DNA of 47,343 bases from a virus (Duplodnaviria; Caudoviricetes). The notes under the pieces were generated by a model. It was not told the origin of the DNA, did no database searches, and saw nothing but the letters and a program-made list of their open reading frames with translations. The position numbers and the translations under genes are program-made. Of the stretch, positions 27,080-36,316 are shown one piece after another. Location of the stretch: positions 1-47,343 of the IMG/VR virus record IMGVR_UViG_3300011443_000399; one strand, written 5' to 3'. The number at the start of each line of letters is the position of its first letter. Positions within the stretch are counted from its first letter, which is position 1.

Positions 27080-27352
27080 ATGAAAGGATCGGACATCAAG
27101 CCGGGCGACACCGTCGAGCTGGCACATAAAGGGACGTCGTTCTTTGATCCGAGAACCGGATTTAGGCTGAGTATCGACGGCAAGGAAAAGCTGAAAGCTC
27201 CGATCGGCGTCAAGACGCGTACGGCGCTCATGTCGGGGCGGCTGCTCGTCGTCGCGGAGCCAAAGCCAAAAGCGGCGGCACCGGCTGCGGCGACGAAAGC
27301 ACCGGCAAAACAGGCGTCCACTGAGAAGGCTGGGGCCAAGGAGAAAAAATAG
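27080..27352 (+). CDS. Small head-associated protein with Ala/Lys-rich tail
   Basis: AGGAG RBS. Confidence 0.65.
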   Translation: MKGSDIKPGDTVELAHKGTSFFDPRTGFRLSIDGKEKLKAPIGVKTRTALMSGRLLVVAEPKPKAAAPAAATKAPAKQASTEKAGAKEKK

Positions 27353-28330
27353 ATGGGAATCAAGACACTTTTCAAAGGCATCGGCACCACTTTTATCAAG
27401 GGCCATGACCGGAAACTGCTCTTTGGGCACGACGATGCGGGTTGGATCGAGATCAACGGCAAGCGTCACTATGTGCTGACGACGGCGATCACGGCCAATG
27501 TGACGGTGACGACAGCCCCGGTGGGCTCGATCGGAAAGACGACTCACGCGACGGGCACGTCCTCGATCTTTGTCTCGGACGGTTCGAAGTGGCAGGCGTT
27601 TGCGGCGATCACGCCGCTCGAGCCGGCTGAGAATGTGCCGCCGTTGACGGACAGCTCGGGCGGAGCCGTGGCGAACAGCACGATCGAGGTGGTGACGAAC
27701 TCGAACGCGGGTTACGTCTTTTACCAGAACATCACGGCGGCGACAACGACTGCCGGGGCGACGCAGCTCGACCTGAATGCGGTGGCAGAGCCATCGGCGA
27801 TGTCGAGCGTCGTGCAGCCGGACGTGCCGCGAAACGTGGTGATCAACTTTACCGACGCCAACGCATCGATCGACGCATTTCAGGTCGATGTTGTCGGAAC
27901 GGCACCGGACGGCTCGGCCGTAACGGAGCAGTTCCTGTTCGCGGGCGGACTCGACCAGGTCGGGTCGAAGATCTTTGCCAAGGTGACGTCGTTCACGCTG
28001 ACATCGATCAACGGCAACGGTGCCGGCGACCTGCTCGATGTCGGCTACGGTGTCAAACTCGGCGTGCCGGTTCCCGCGGGCTCGACCGGATTGTCGATCG
28101 TCAAGCTCGTTGCCAACGCTATCGAAGAGGCTGCCTCGGCAACCGACGCGACCAACAATTCGTTCACGGCGACGACCGCTCCGAACGCGACCAACGATTA
28201 CGAGGTGTGGTTCGAGTACTCGCACCCCGCGATCACGGCTTTGACGGCTGCTGTGGCCGAGCTTGCGGCGACGCTGAACGCGACGCTTCTCGCGATCAAG
28301 GCCAACGCGGTCATGGAAGACGACGCGTAG
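27353..28330 (+). CDS. Putative virion decoration/fibre protein
   Basis: Thr/Ala-rich beta composition; C-terminal LAATLNATLLAIKANAVM. Confidence 0.65.
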   Translation: MGIKTLFKGIGTTFIKGHDRKLLFGHDDAGWIEINGKRHYVLTTAITANVTVTTAPVGSIGKTTHATGTSSIFVSDGSKWQAFAAITPLEPAENVPPLTDSSGGAVANSTIEVVTNSNAGYVFYQNITAATTTAGATQLDLNAVAEPSAMSSVVQPDVPRNVVINFTDANASIDAFQVDVVGTAPDGSAVTEQFLFAGGLDQVGSKIFAKVTSFTLTSINGNGAGDLLDVGYGVKLGVPVPAGSTGLSIVKLVANAIEEAASATDATNNSFTATTAPNATNDYEVWFEYSHPAITALTAAVAELAATLNATLLAIKANAVMEDDA

Positions 28331-28339
28331 GTAATTGAA

Positions 28340-28813
28340 ATGGCTGCACTCATTGACGCAGACGACTTTCGGGAGCGTTTCGATCTCGACGACGCTTTCG
28401 AGGATCCACGGATCACGCCGCACATAGCGTCGGCGTCCCGTCGCCTGCGTCAATGGGTCGGCGATACGCATTACGACGGCGCGTTGGCCGATGCCGCGAT
28501 CGAGGACGAAGAGGACCAGGACGATCCGGCCAGGCTGAACGCATTGCAAAATGCCGAGGCCCATCTCACGTATCACTACGCGGTCCTCGGTTTTAATAAT
28601 CCGCTCTCGCACAAAGGCATCGTCGCGACGGCGATGTCGGACGAGGGCAAGGAGATGCGAAAGTACCTGACGCCGGACCAGACGGCAGCGGTGGCGAGCC
28701 AGTTCCTCGAGCTGGCCGAGCAAATGGCACGAGAGTATTTGCAATCGAGCGATCTGCCGCCCGGACCGGTGGTGAATGAGGACGTGGACGATATCACATG
28801 GCCCGTCGTGTAA
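28340..28813 (+). CDS. Head-tail adaptor protein
   Basis: ITPHIASASRRLRQWVG; position. Confidence 0.6.
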   Translation: MAALIDADDFRERFDLDDAFEDPRITPHIASASRRLRQWVGDTHYDGALADAAIEDEEDQDDPARLNALQNAEAHLTYHYAVLGFNNPLSHKGIVATAMSDEGKEMRKYLTPDQTAAVASQFLELAEQMAREYLQSSDLPPGPVVNEDVDDITWPVV

Positions 28814-29352
28814 CAGCCGATACCACCGAGCTCGAGCAGCTCGGCAAGGACATCAAGAAGGCCAAGCTCGTGCTGCTCGGCCGACTCGGCGAACGCGGCC
28901 GCAAGCACTTGGTCGACGAGGTCCCGTACGAGACAGGCAATTTGAAACAGGGCGTTTCACCGCCCGATATTGACAACCAGGCGATGCGGGCGACGCTGAC
29001 CGTGAGCGCCCGATCGGGAGCACGCGGGGCGAGAGCTGCCCAGGTCATCAATGCCGATGGCAAGGTCGTCAAGACCGTCACACTGCGTCCGTCGCCGGCA
29101 TACAACTACGCCGAGGTCGTCGCACGCGGGAACAAAAAGGCGACATTGCGGCCGACAGTTGCCCAGGCGTTTTTGATACCGGTCACGACGCCTCCGGCCG
29201 GCGAGGGTTACCTGCTCGTGGGCGGCCAGCCGTACATAGTTCGCCGATCGAGAAAGGGTAAGAAAGCCAATCCGTTTGACGAGCGGGCAGCGGTCAAGGT
29301 CGAGAACGAAGCTCGCGCGATCGCGAAGGCAGTTTTAGAGCAGTTTGTTTAG
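28798..29352 (+). CDS. HK97 gp10-like tail completion protein
   Basis: VPYETGNLKQG, YAEVV, KANPF. Confidence 0.7.
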   Translation: MARRVTADTTELEQLGKDIKKAKLVLLGRLGERGRKHLVDEVPYETGNLKQGVSPPDIDNQAMRATLTVSARSGARGARAAQVINADGKVVKTVTLRPSPAYNYAEVVARGNKKATLRPTVAQAFLIPVTTPPAGEGYLLVGGQPYIVRRSRKGKKANPFDERAAVKVENEARAIAKAVLEQFV

Positions 29353-29367
29353 CAGAAGGAGACAATC

Positions 29368-29796
29368 ATGGCCATAGGTTCAATCGGCGTTCGTACATCG
29401 AATTTAACGATCACGCAAGCCTCTTTACAGATCTACACCACGGCGGCGGTTCGGGCGGCGATCCTTGAATTATCCATCATTCAGGTCACAGGAACCGCGC
29501 AGTCGCTCGGCTTTGGGCGGCCGCAGGCCCTTGCTGTAACACCGGGCACGTTGGCGACGTTCATCAGAGACGAGCCGGGTTCACCGGTCTGCGTTACGCA
29601 AACATCGCTGACGTTCGGCACGAGCCCGACCGTGCCGCTGGTATTTGCACGCAGGTGGAACTCGGCGGCAACGATCGGCGTCGGGGTTGTCTGGACGTTT
29701 CCGCGGGGCTTTATTATTCCGGTCTCGGCGGGAGCGGTGATCTGGAATATCACCACGGCTTTGGCGTGTGACGTTAACGTTGCGATCGATGAATAA
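29368..29796 (+). CDS. Putative virion protein (beta-rich)
   Basis: AGGAG RBS. Confidence 0.6.
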   Translation: MAIGSIGVRTSNLTITQASLQIYTTAAVRAAILELSIIQVTGTAQSLGFGRPQALAVTPGTLATFIRDEPGSPVCVTQTSLTFGTSPTVPLVFARRWNSAATIGVGVVWTFPRGFIIPVSAGAVIWNITTALACDVNVAIDE

Positions 29797-30037
29797 CGTT
29801 GTGGCAACAATTACGCTCAAGCTCCACGATAACGGGGCAATGAGCATCGAGGGGAACGTCGGCGACGTAAAGCTGGCGATCGGCATGATCGACGCAGCCC
29901 GCGAGGCGGTCTCGCATCGCCTCGGCAGGCCGTCGATCCTGGAGCCGCACGGTGCGGGGTTGCCCATCCCGAGCTGTGACGCTCCGGTTTCACCGAACGA
30001 GGCTGTTTATCCGTTGATAGCGAAAGGAGACATGTGA
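29789..30037 (+). CDS. Hypothetical protein
   Basis: Overlaps both neighbours. Confidence 0.5.
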   Translation: MNNVVATITLKLHDNGAMSIEGNVGDVKLAIGMIDAAREAVSHRLGRPSILEPHGAGLPIPSCDAPVSPNEAVYPLIAKGDM

Positions 30038-30513
30038 GCGGATTTATCGGAGCTGCACTTCCCACCAATGGCCGTATCGAGGAAAGCGACCAGCGGTTGA
30101 ACCGCATGGATTTTGTCGCCGAGCGGATGTTCGCGGACATTTGGTGCATCGGAGGAGCGTCGTTTGAAACACCCTGGTGGCCCAGATGCGGCGGTTTTAT
30201 CGGTGATCAGAGCCTTGACATCGGGCTGCTCGAGGCGAGTTGGTGGGGCGAGTTTGACCAGGCGGGCGGTGCGGCCAGCCGGTTTGGTTTTACCGGGATC
30301 ACCCGCGACGCCAACGGCACGCCGGTCGGGACATGCACCGTGAAGCTATTTCGCACGGCGGACGATCAGCTGCTGGACACGCAGGTGAGCGACCCGAGCG
30401 GCAATTTTTTACTGAACACGCCGTATTATCCGGATGCCCATTACATCGTCGCCCACAAATCAGGAAGCCCGGACGTCGACGGGGTAACGCAAAACACTTT
30501 GATCGGAAGCTAA
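30034..30513 (+). CDS. Protein with carboxypeptidase-regulatory/Ig-like C-domain
   Basis: GITRDANGTPVGTCTVKLF...SDPSGNF. Confidence 0.6.
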   Translation: MSGFIGAALPTNGRIEESDQRLNRMDFVAERMFADIWCIGGASFETPWWPRCGGFIGDQSLDIGLLEASWWGEFDQAGGAASRFGFTGITRDANGTPVGTCTVKLFRTADDQLLDTQVSDPSGNFLLNTPYYPDAHYIVAHKSGSPDVDGVTQNTLIGS

Positions 30514-30518
30514 GCAAA

Positions 30519-31640
30519 ATGCCAGATATCGTTTTACAGATCAGGGACGAGAGTCGAGGGACCTATGACGTCGAGGCATTCGTGCCCACGAGTCAGTCCG
30601 ATCTCATCGTCCGGCTGTTTGCAAACGATGCCTCGCGTGGCATTTACGACCTGCAGCTGAGAGCGGCAGATCTTAGGATCGCCGCTGCGGTTGAGGGTGG
30701 TGTTCAGAACCTCATGCTCGATGTGGGCGGTGCTATAGCTTTGGCCGGTGCGGTGGTGCGGGACGCGATCGTGGCGAAAGCAGGATCCTTGACACCATCC
30801 GCGATCGTCGCCATGGCAAGTGCGATCGTAAAGGGCGGCTCGCTGACGCCGGCAGGTTCGGCAGCACGCAGCCCGTCACGATCCCTCGCAGGATCTCTGA
30901 CGCCAACGGGATTGATGGCGCGTTTGTCGGCGAAGGTCGCGGTCGGTTCGATCACGCCGGGCGGTACAGTTGCGACGCTCAAGCTCACGCTGGTGGACCT
31001 CGCCGGTTCGATCGCGGCGGCGGGTGCCGCTCAGTTCGCAGCGGCGAGATCTGTCGCCGGCTCGCTGACGCCATCGGCCATCGTTGCCAAGCTGACGGCC
31101 GTCGCAAAAAGTGGCGCCGTCACCGGGAGCGGAACGATGTCACGCAGCTCGTCAAAATCTCTCGCCGGCAGCGTCACGCCATCGGGCCTGATCGGCAAAG
31201 CGATCGCGAGGATCACGGAAGGTGGACTCACGCCGGCAAGCACGATCGCGACGTTGAAACTCAGGATGCTCGATCTCGCAGGCACGATCGCGGCGGCGGG
31301 TGCAGTGCAGTTTGCGGCAGCCAAGCAGCTTGCCGGTTCGTTGACTCCGTCAACATTGCGGACGCGAGACGTTGCGAGATCGACGGGCGGATCTATCACG
31401 GCGGCCGGATCGGTCATCCGCTCGATCGCGAGATCTCTGTCGGGTGCGATTGCGTTGGTTGGCGAAATGCTCGGCGTCATTGGACGGTCGGGCACGGTTA
31501 CGATCTTTGAATTTGCGGCGACTCAGCTGTCGGTCACGACGTCCGCGATCGGCATCGAGGTGCTCGAGAATGCGCGGACCCGCATTACGCTGCGCGAACG
31601 TGCGGCGACAAGCCTGACGGTCTGGGGGTATGCCGCATGA
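30519..31640 (+). CDS. Repetitive Ala/Gly/Ser fibre-like protein
   Basis: About 18-aa periodic AGSLTP repeats. Confidence 0.65.
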   Translation: MPDIVLQIRDESRGTYDVEAFVPTSQSDLIVRLFANDASRGIYDLQLRAADLRIAAAVEGGVQNLMLDVGGAIALAGAVVRDAIVAKAGSLTPSAIVAMASAIVKGGSLTPAGSAARSPSRSLAGSLTPTGLMARLSAKVAVGSITPGGTVATLKLTLVDLAGSIAAAGAAQFAAARSVAGSLTPSAIVAKLTAVAKSGAVTGSGTMSRSSSKSLAGSVTPSGLIGKAIARITEGGLTPASTIATLKLRMLDLAGTIAAAGAVQFAAAKQLAGSLTPSTLRTRDVARSTGGSITAAGSVIRSIARSLSGAIALVGEMLGVIGRSGTVTIFEFAATQLSVTTSAIGIEVLENARTRITLRERAATSLTVWGYAA

Positions 31641-31939
31641 GCACCGAGAGGAAGCGTTATCCGCTCGGGACGCAGGTGGCGGTGCTCGCGATCTTTCGCG
31701 ATTCGGACAGCGAGTTGATCGATCCGACAGCGGTGAGGTTCCTGTTTCGCGATCCCGCGGGCGGCGAAACGGAATATGTTTACGGCGTCGATGCCGAGCT
31801 GGTCCGCGAATCGGAGGGCAGGTACCGCGCCGATATCGATGCCAATATGTCGGGCAACTGGCAGTACAGATATTATTCAACGGGCGAGGGCCAGGCGGCA
31901 CACGAAGGGTCGTTCGCGGTAGACAAGTCACAGTTTTGA
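31637..31939 (+). CDS. Small virion protein (Ig/BppU-like)
   Basis: FRDSDSELIDP...GRYRAD...GNWQYRY; ATGA coupling. Confidence 0.6.
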   Translation: MSTERKRYPLGTQVAVLAIFRDSDSELIDPTAVRFLFRDPAGGETEYVYGVDAELVRESEGRYRADIDANMSGNWQYRYYSTGEGQAAHEGSFAVDKSQF

Positions 31940-31949
31940 GGAGCAAACA

Positions 31950-32210
31950 ATGATCGGAAAAACAGAATTTAGCGTAACTGCCCGGCTCAATGCTGACGGC
32001 GAAGCTTCGCTGAGGGTGACCGGTTCCTGTCCTTACGGCGAGCGGACAGCGTCCGTCTCGATCGATATCACGGAGGAGAAGATCCTCAAATCGTTAGCCA
32101 GCGTCCTAGGAAAGGTTGTCGCAGGAGTTCGCGACGAGCTGAACCAGGAGGCGACATCGGCAGCTGCCGAAGCTCTGGTGTGCGCGACAAGGCGAGGTGA
32201 AAAAATATGA
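31950..32210 (+). CDS. Hypothetical protein
   Basis: GAGGAG RBS. Confidence 0.55.
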   Translation: MIGKTEFSVTARLNADGEASLRVTGSCPYGERTASVSIDITEEKILKSLASVLGKVVAGVRDELNQEATSAAAEALVCATRRGEKI

Positions 32211-32893
32211 ATACCGAGTCAGCAGTAGCACTATCGGGCCAGCGGTCGTTTCACGTAATGCGCGGCGGCGGTGACGGGCCACGCGTCCAGCGGCTGCGGG
32301 ACATCCTGATCCACGCGTTGCCGACGAGCGAGAGCCGCGAGGTCAACCTCTACCGGCTCGCGAACATGCTCAATGTTTGGCGCGGTCTGTGGCGGATCCT
32401 GGTCGCACGATTGTTTGGCCTTTCGAATTTCTACGGCGCGGTGTACGCCCAGGTGACGCGTGCAAACGGCACGGTCCTCGATCTCGGGCTCATCAGCCTG
32501 CGAGTCGTGACGGACACGGGCGTCGGCTATATCGTCGATGCGTTCCAGAACACGGTCGAGCTCGAGAACATGAAGTATCACGGCTTCGGCACCGGCTCGA
32601 ACGCCGAGGCCGCGGCCAACACCGCGCTTCACACCGAGCTGACGACGCAGTACGCGTCGGACAACGTACGGCCGACCGGATCGACCACCGAGGGTGCGTC
32701 GGCAAACATCTATCGCACCGTGGGCACGCTCAGCCCGGATGCGACGGTCGCGATCACCGAGCACGGCATATTTAGCCAGGCGGCGGTCGCTGGCGGAGTA
32801 CTCATCGACAAATCGCTTTTCTCGGCGATCAACCTGATCAGCGGCGACAGCCTGCAGGTGACGTACGACCTGACGTTCACGTCGGGAAGCTAG
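32207..32893 (+). CDS. Tail-fibre N-terminal-like protein
   Basis: VVTDTG...GTGS...NTALHTEL...AITEHGIF...GDSLQVTY. Confidence 0.65.
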   Translation: MNTESAVALSGQRSFHVMRGGGDGPRVQRLRDILIHALPTSESREVNLYRLANMLNVWRGLWRILVARLFGLSNFYGAVYAQVTRANGTVLDLGLISLRVVTDTGVGYIVDAFQNTVELENMKYHGFGTGSNAEAAANTALHTELTTQYASDNVRPTGSTTEGASANIYRTVGTLSPDATVAITEHGIFSQAAVAGGVLIDKSLFSAINLISGDSLQVTYDLTFTSGS

Positions 32894-32899
32894 TGGATT

Positions 32900-33355
32900 A
32901 TGCCGGACACCGACAAGCCAGCCGAGATCTTGTTATTTGACTTTCTGGCCGAGCAGATCGAGGCGGCCGTTGCGGAGGATGTGCTCTTTGAGGTCGAGCT
33001 GCACGACACGATCTATCAGACGATCACAAAGCCGCGGGGCTTGAGGATCTCGGACGCGGTCGGGTCGATGGTGCCGGGCGGCGACGGAGCGATCAGAGAA
33101 CACGGCGTAAGCGTCCAGCTCGTTTGTTTTGCAAAGGTGGCGGGCAAGGACAAGAAAGCCCGCCAGCCGGCACTCACGCAGGTTTGGGAACTTGAAAAAG
33201 AAATGTACCGATTGCTGTACACGGACAACAGCCTCGGCGGCCGCGTCTGCGACGTCGAGATCGAGATGGGCTCACGCAGCTATGACGTTATGAACGGCGA
33301 GCCTTACGCCGTCGCAAACATACCGCTCGTGATCAATCCGCACGCTGGTTACTAG
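32900..33355 (+). CDS. Tail terminator (putative)
   Basis: Acidic, DNSLGG motif, precedes the major tail gene. Confidence 0.6.
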   Translation: MPDTDKPAEILLFDFLAEQIEAAVAEDVLFEVELHDTIYQTITKPRGLRISDAVGSMVPGGDGAIREHGVSVQLVCFAKVAGKDKKARQPALTQVWELEKEMYRLLYTDNSLGGRVCDVEIEMGSRSYDVMNGEPYAVANIPLVINPHAGY

Positions 33356-33374
33356 GTTATTGAGGAGAAACTTT

Positions 33375-33701
33375 ATGAACTTAAAATTTGCACATCCGCA
33401 GATCAACGAGTACGCCACGGGAAACTTCTATTTCAAGAATGACGGCAAGGCGTTCGAGGTCGATGCCGTCATGGGCCGGGAGCTGCTCTGGGCCAAGGCG
33501 TCGGTCGACGGCGAGATGGTGAATGTTTTTGAGGAAGCCGGCAAGCCTGCCGTCGCGGACGAACCCGACACGGTCGAAAGCCTGGCAAAACGCGGCCGCA
33601 AGGAACTCGAGGCGATGGCAAAAGAGGCCGGGCTCGACGGCGACAGTTACACAAACAAGCAGGAACTCGCCGCGGCGATCCTGGCTGCAAAAGGAGAATA
33701 A
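33375..33701 (+). CDS. Small protein with Rho-N/HeH-like C-terminus
   Basis: RKELEAMAKEAGL...NKQELAAAI. Confidence 0.65.
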   Translation: MNLKFAHPQINEYATGNFYFKNDGKAFEVDAVMGRELLWAKASVDGEMVNVFEEAGKPAVADEPDTVESLAKRGRKELEAMAKEAGLDGDSYTNKQELAAAILAAKGE

Positions 33702-33707
33702 CGAATC

Positions 33708-35090
33708 ATGGCACCTACACATCCATCACAAATAGAGCGATCGATCTCGCGTCTGAACGAGACGGCCTACGGCACCGATCGCGCATTCTCGGACGATTTT
33801 CGCCGGATCATCTCGTCGTCGCCAAGCTTGTCGGACCTCAATACCTCGTTTGCGGACGACGGCGGTTACGACAACGGCTCGGACGTGCCGAGCGATAAGT
33901 GGGCGACCACGGTCGCGGCCGGCGTGCCGTTCAGCCCGGACTTTAACTTTCAGGACATCGGTTATTTCCTGAAAGATTTTCTCGGCACGTACGCCGTGTC
34001 GGGCTCGAGCCCGTACATTCACACGTTCACGCCGCAGTCGATGAACACGTCGCGGCAGATGCCGACGCGCACATATCTTGAAAAGCTCGGCGGCCTGTAC
34101 CTTAGAAAGCTCTCGTCGATCGCTCCCGTAAACCTGTCGATCTCGGGCGGCAGGATGGGACGTATCACCATCGCGGCACAGTACGAGGGCTCGGGCAAAT
34201 ATGCGATCGATCCGGCAAGCTACACGTCGCCATCGGTAACGAACGATCGCGAATTCGGATACGGTTCGCAGGCATTCTTCCGCTTTAACGATAACGATGA
34301 CGGCACCGCACAGGCTGAGACGGCCACGGCCGCGGGCGGCATTACCGGAACCGGCAACGCGACAGTCACCGTGACGGCAGCAGGCATGGCAGGCTCGCCG
34401 ATCGCGGTCTCGGTCGCCGTTACCAACCTCGATACGGCAGCACAGTGGGCTGAGAAGGTCCGCGTTGCGCTACGCAACCATCTCGTGATCTCAAATTTCT
34501 TTGCGGTCACCGGAGCAACGACGGCGATCATCCTGACTGCCCGCGTCAAAGCCGCGAACGACGCGACGATGAACGTCGCACTCGACAACGGGACCTGCAC
34601 CGGCATCACGCCGGCAGCCTCGTCGGCCGACACCACGGCCGGCGTCGTCGGCGATTACCAGTCGTACACCTGCGATATCGAGAACTGGACGCTGACGGCC
34701 GACCTGCCGCCCGCAAGCGATGGTTACCGTGCATGCTCTGATTACGTGGTCGCGGGCAATCCGCGATCGGGCCAGACACGCAGCGAGTTTCTCGTCGGGG
34801 CCCGCAAGTTTGGCTTTACGTTCGGTGCACGGCTCGCGACAGGCGATAAGATGCGCGACTGGATGCAGGCCGGCACCGACGTCACGCTCGAGATCCCGAT
34901 CGTCGGCATCGACTCGGGCAACTCTAACCTGCGGATCACGCACACGCGGGGCATCATCGATTCGGCCAAGGAGGTCGCGGACATCGGCGGCTTTGTCGGT
35001 ATCCAGGGCTCGGTCGACCTGATGTCGAATTCAGGATCGTTCCCGCTGACGGCCGTTCTCCAGAACGACGTCATTAGCTACGCTTCGTAA
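33708..35090 (+). CDS. Major tail tube protein with inserted Ala/Thr-rich domain
   Basis: YIHTFTP and TYLEKLG motifs; precedes chaperone and tape measure; no sheath gene seen. Confidence 0.75.
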   Translation: MAPTHPSQIERSISRLNETAYGTDRAFSDDFRRIISSSPSLSDLNTSFADDGGYDNGSDVPSDKWATTVAAGVPFSPDFNFQDIGYFLKDFLGTYAVSGSSPYIHTFTPQSMNTSRQMPTRTYLEKLGGLYLRKLSSIAPVNLSISGGRMGRITIAAQYEGSGKYAIDPASYTSPSVTNDREFGYGSQAFFRFNDNDDGTAQAETATAAGGITGTGNATVTVTAAGMAGSPIAVSVAVTNLDTAAQWAEKVRVALRNHLVISNFFAVTGATTAIILTARVKAANDATMNVALDNGTCTGITPAASSADTTAGVVGDYQSYTCDIENWTLTADLPPASDGYRACSDYVVAGNPRSGQTRSEFLVGARKFGFTFGARLATGDKMRDWMQAGTDVTLEIPIVGIDSGNSNLRITHTRGIIDSAKEVADIGGFVGIQGSVDLMSNSGSFPLTAVLQNDVISYAS

Positions 35091-35168
35091 CCCGTTTACC
35101 TAGTCAACACGCCGGGCGGCGTGCTACACGTCGCCCGCATTAAAACCAACCAGGAGAAACCAACCCAA

Positions 35169-35885
35169 ATGAAAGCAGCAACAAAAAAGGAAGCAAGGCC
35201 CGTGGTCTATGACGCACGGGCAAACCAGCGTTTCGCGTTCGAGATCACCGAGGGCGGCGAGAAGTTTCGGACCGCGCATATCTTCAAACCGCTGACCGAC
35301 GAGCGGTACATCAAGTTTCTCAAGGACACTAAGATCCGCGGCGAGAAGGACAAGCTCGAGCAGGAAGTCAACGCGGCACAGATCTCGCTCTGGCGTGATC
35401 TCATCGACTCGATCGAGAATGTCGACGTCGCCGTCGATACCGACTTTCGCGACCTGGTCGACGCCGACGTCGAGATGATCCCGGCGATCAATGCTTTTCT
35501 GCCGGTCTCGATCTGGGAGCCGGACACGACGAGCGACGGCAAGAGAACGCTCGGCGGCAACCTGGTCGTCACGACCGAGGCGTTGTTCAGCGGGCAGCTC
35601 GTCTATCAAAAGCACACGCTCAAACGCAAGACCGACGAGTTTGCCAAGATGTATGACCGCCTGGTCGACAACGAGTACCGCAGGGAAAAGATCGGCGGGC
35701 TGCGTCGCGAGGTCGCGATGGAATATCACCCGCAGGCCAAGGCCCGCGGTGAGCTGTACGACAAGATGTTTGTCTCGGTCGAGGGTTTCGCCGGCAGCAA
35801 GGCGACGGACGTTCCGCTGCGGTTCAAGACGGTCGTGATCAACTCGATCTTTCAGGCCGCACTTGTCCTCGACCCAAAAAAGTAG
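35169..35885 (+). CDS. Tail assembly chaperone (gpG-like)
   Basis: Ends CCA AAA AAG TAG; between tail tube and tape measure. Confidence 0.75.
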   Translation: MKAATKKEARPVVYDARANQRFAFEITEGGEKFRTAHIFKPLTDERYIKFLKDTKIRGEKDKLEQEVNAAQISLWRDLIDSIENVDVAVDTDFRDLVDADVEMIPAINAFLPVSIWEPDTTSDGKRTLGGNLVVTTEALFSGQLVYQKHTLKRKTDEFAKMYDRLVDNEYRREKIGGLRREVAMEYHPQAKARGELYDKMFVSVEGFAGSKATDVPLRFKTVVINSIFQAALVLDPKK

Positions 35886-36316
35886 CGGCGTCGTCAAACG
35901 CCATTCGGCGTCGCGTTTTCGAGGAAGCGGGCGAGGACCCGACAGGTGCCTTTTACCGGTGCGAGGGCGATCAAGGCTGCACCCGCTGGCAATCGGCCAA
36001 GGGCGAGAGTTATGACGAGAAGGCTGAGAACGCCTGCAAGCAATGCCCCAAACAATGCTCGCCGCCGATCGTCGAGGATGAAGCCGAGGCCGACGCCGAA
36101 TTTGAATCCGAGGTCGAAGACCTGGTCGACCAGATCTCTTACCTCGTGAAATGGGAGAACGCCGGACGCGCTACCGACTGGACGGTTTACACCTTTGAAC
36201 ATCAGGCCCTTTTCGTCGTCTGGCGTGACGCCGAGCAGGAGATCAAACGGATCCACGACATACGGATCCAGGGCTACATAAAGGCCAAATTCTCAACACC
36301 AAATTCAGATGGCTGA
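35879..36316 (+). CDS. gpT-like -1 frameshift extension (not in ORF track)
   Basis: A_AAA_AAG at 35876-35882; -1 frame open to TGA 36316: VAASSNAIRRRVFEE...CEGDQGC...CKQCPKQC...YLVKWENAG. Confidence 0.8.
   Translation, partial: KVAASSNAIRRRVFEEAGEDPTGAFYRCEGDQGCTRWQSAKGESYDEKAENACKQCPKQCSPPIVEDEAEADAEFESEVEDLVDQISYLVKWENAGRATDWTVYTFEHQALFVVWRDAEQEIKRIHDIRIQGYIKAKFSTPNSDG

Noticed and set aside
24192-28744. Long antisense ORFs (531 aa, 662 aa) and similar ones elsewhere
   Set aside because: Shadows of GC-rich structural genes; no motifs or RBS.
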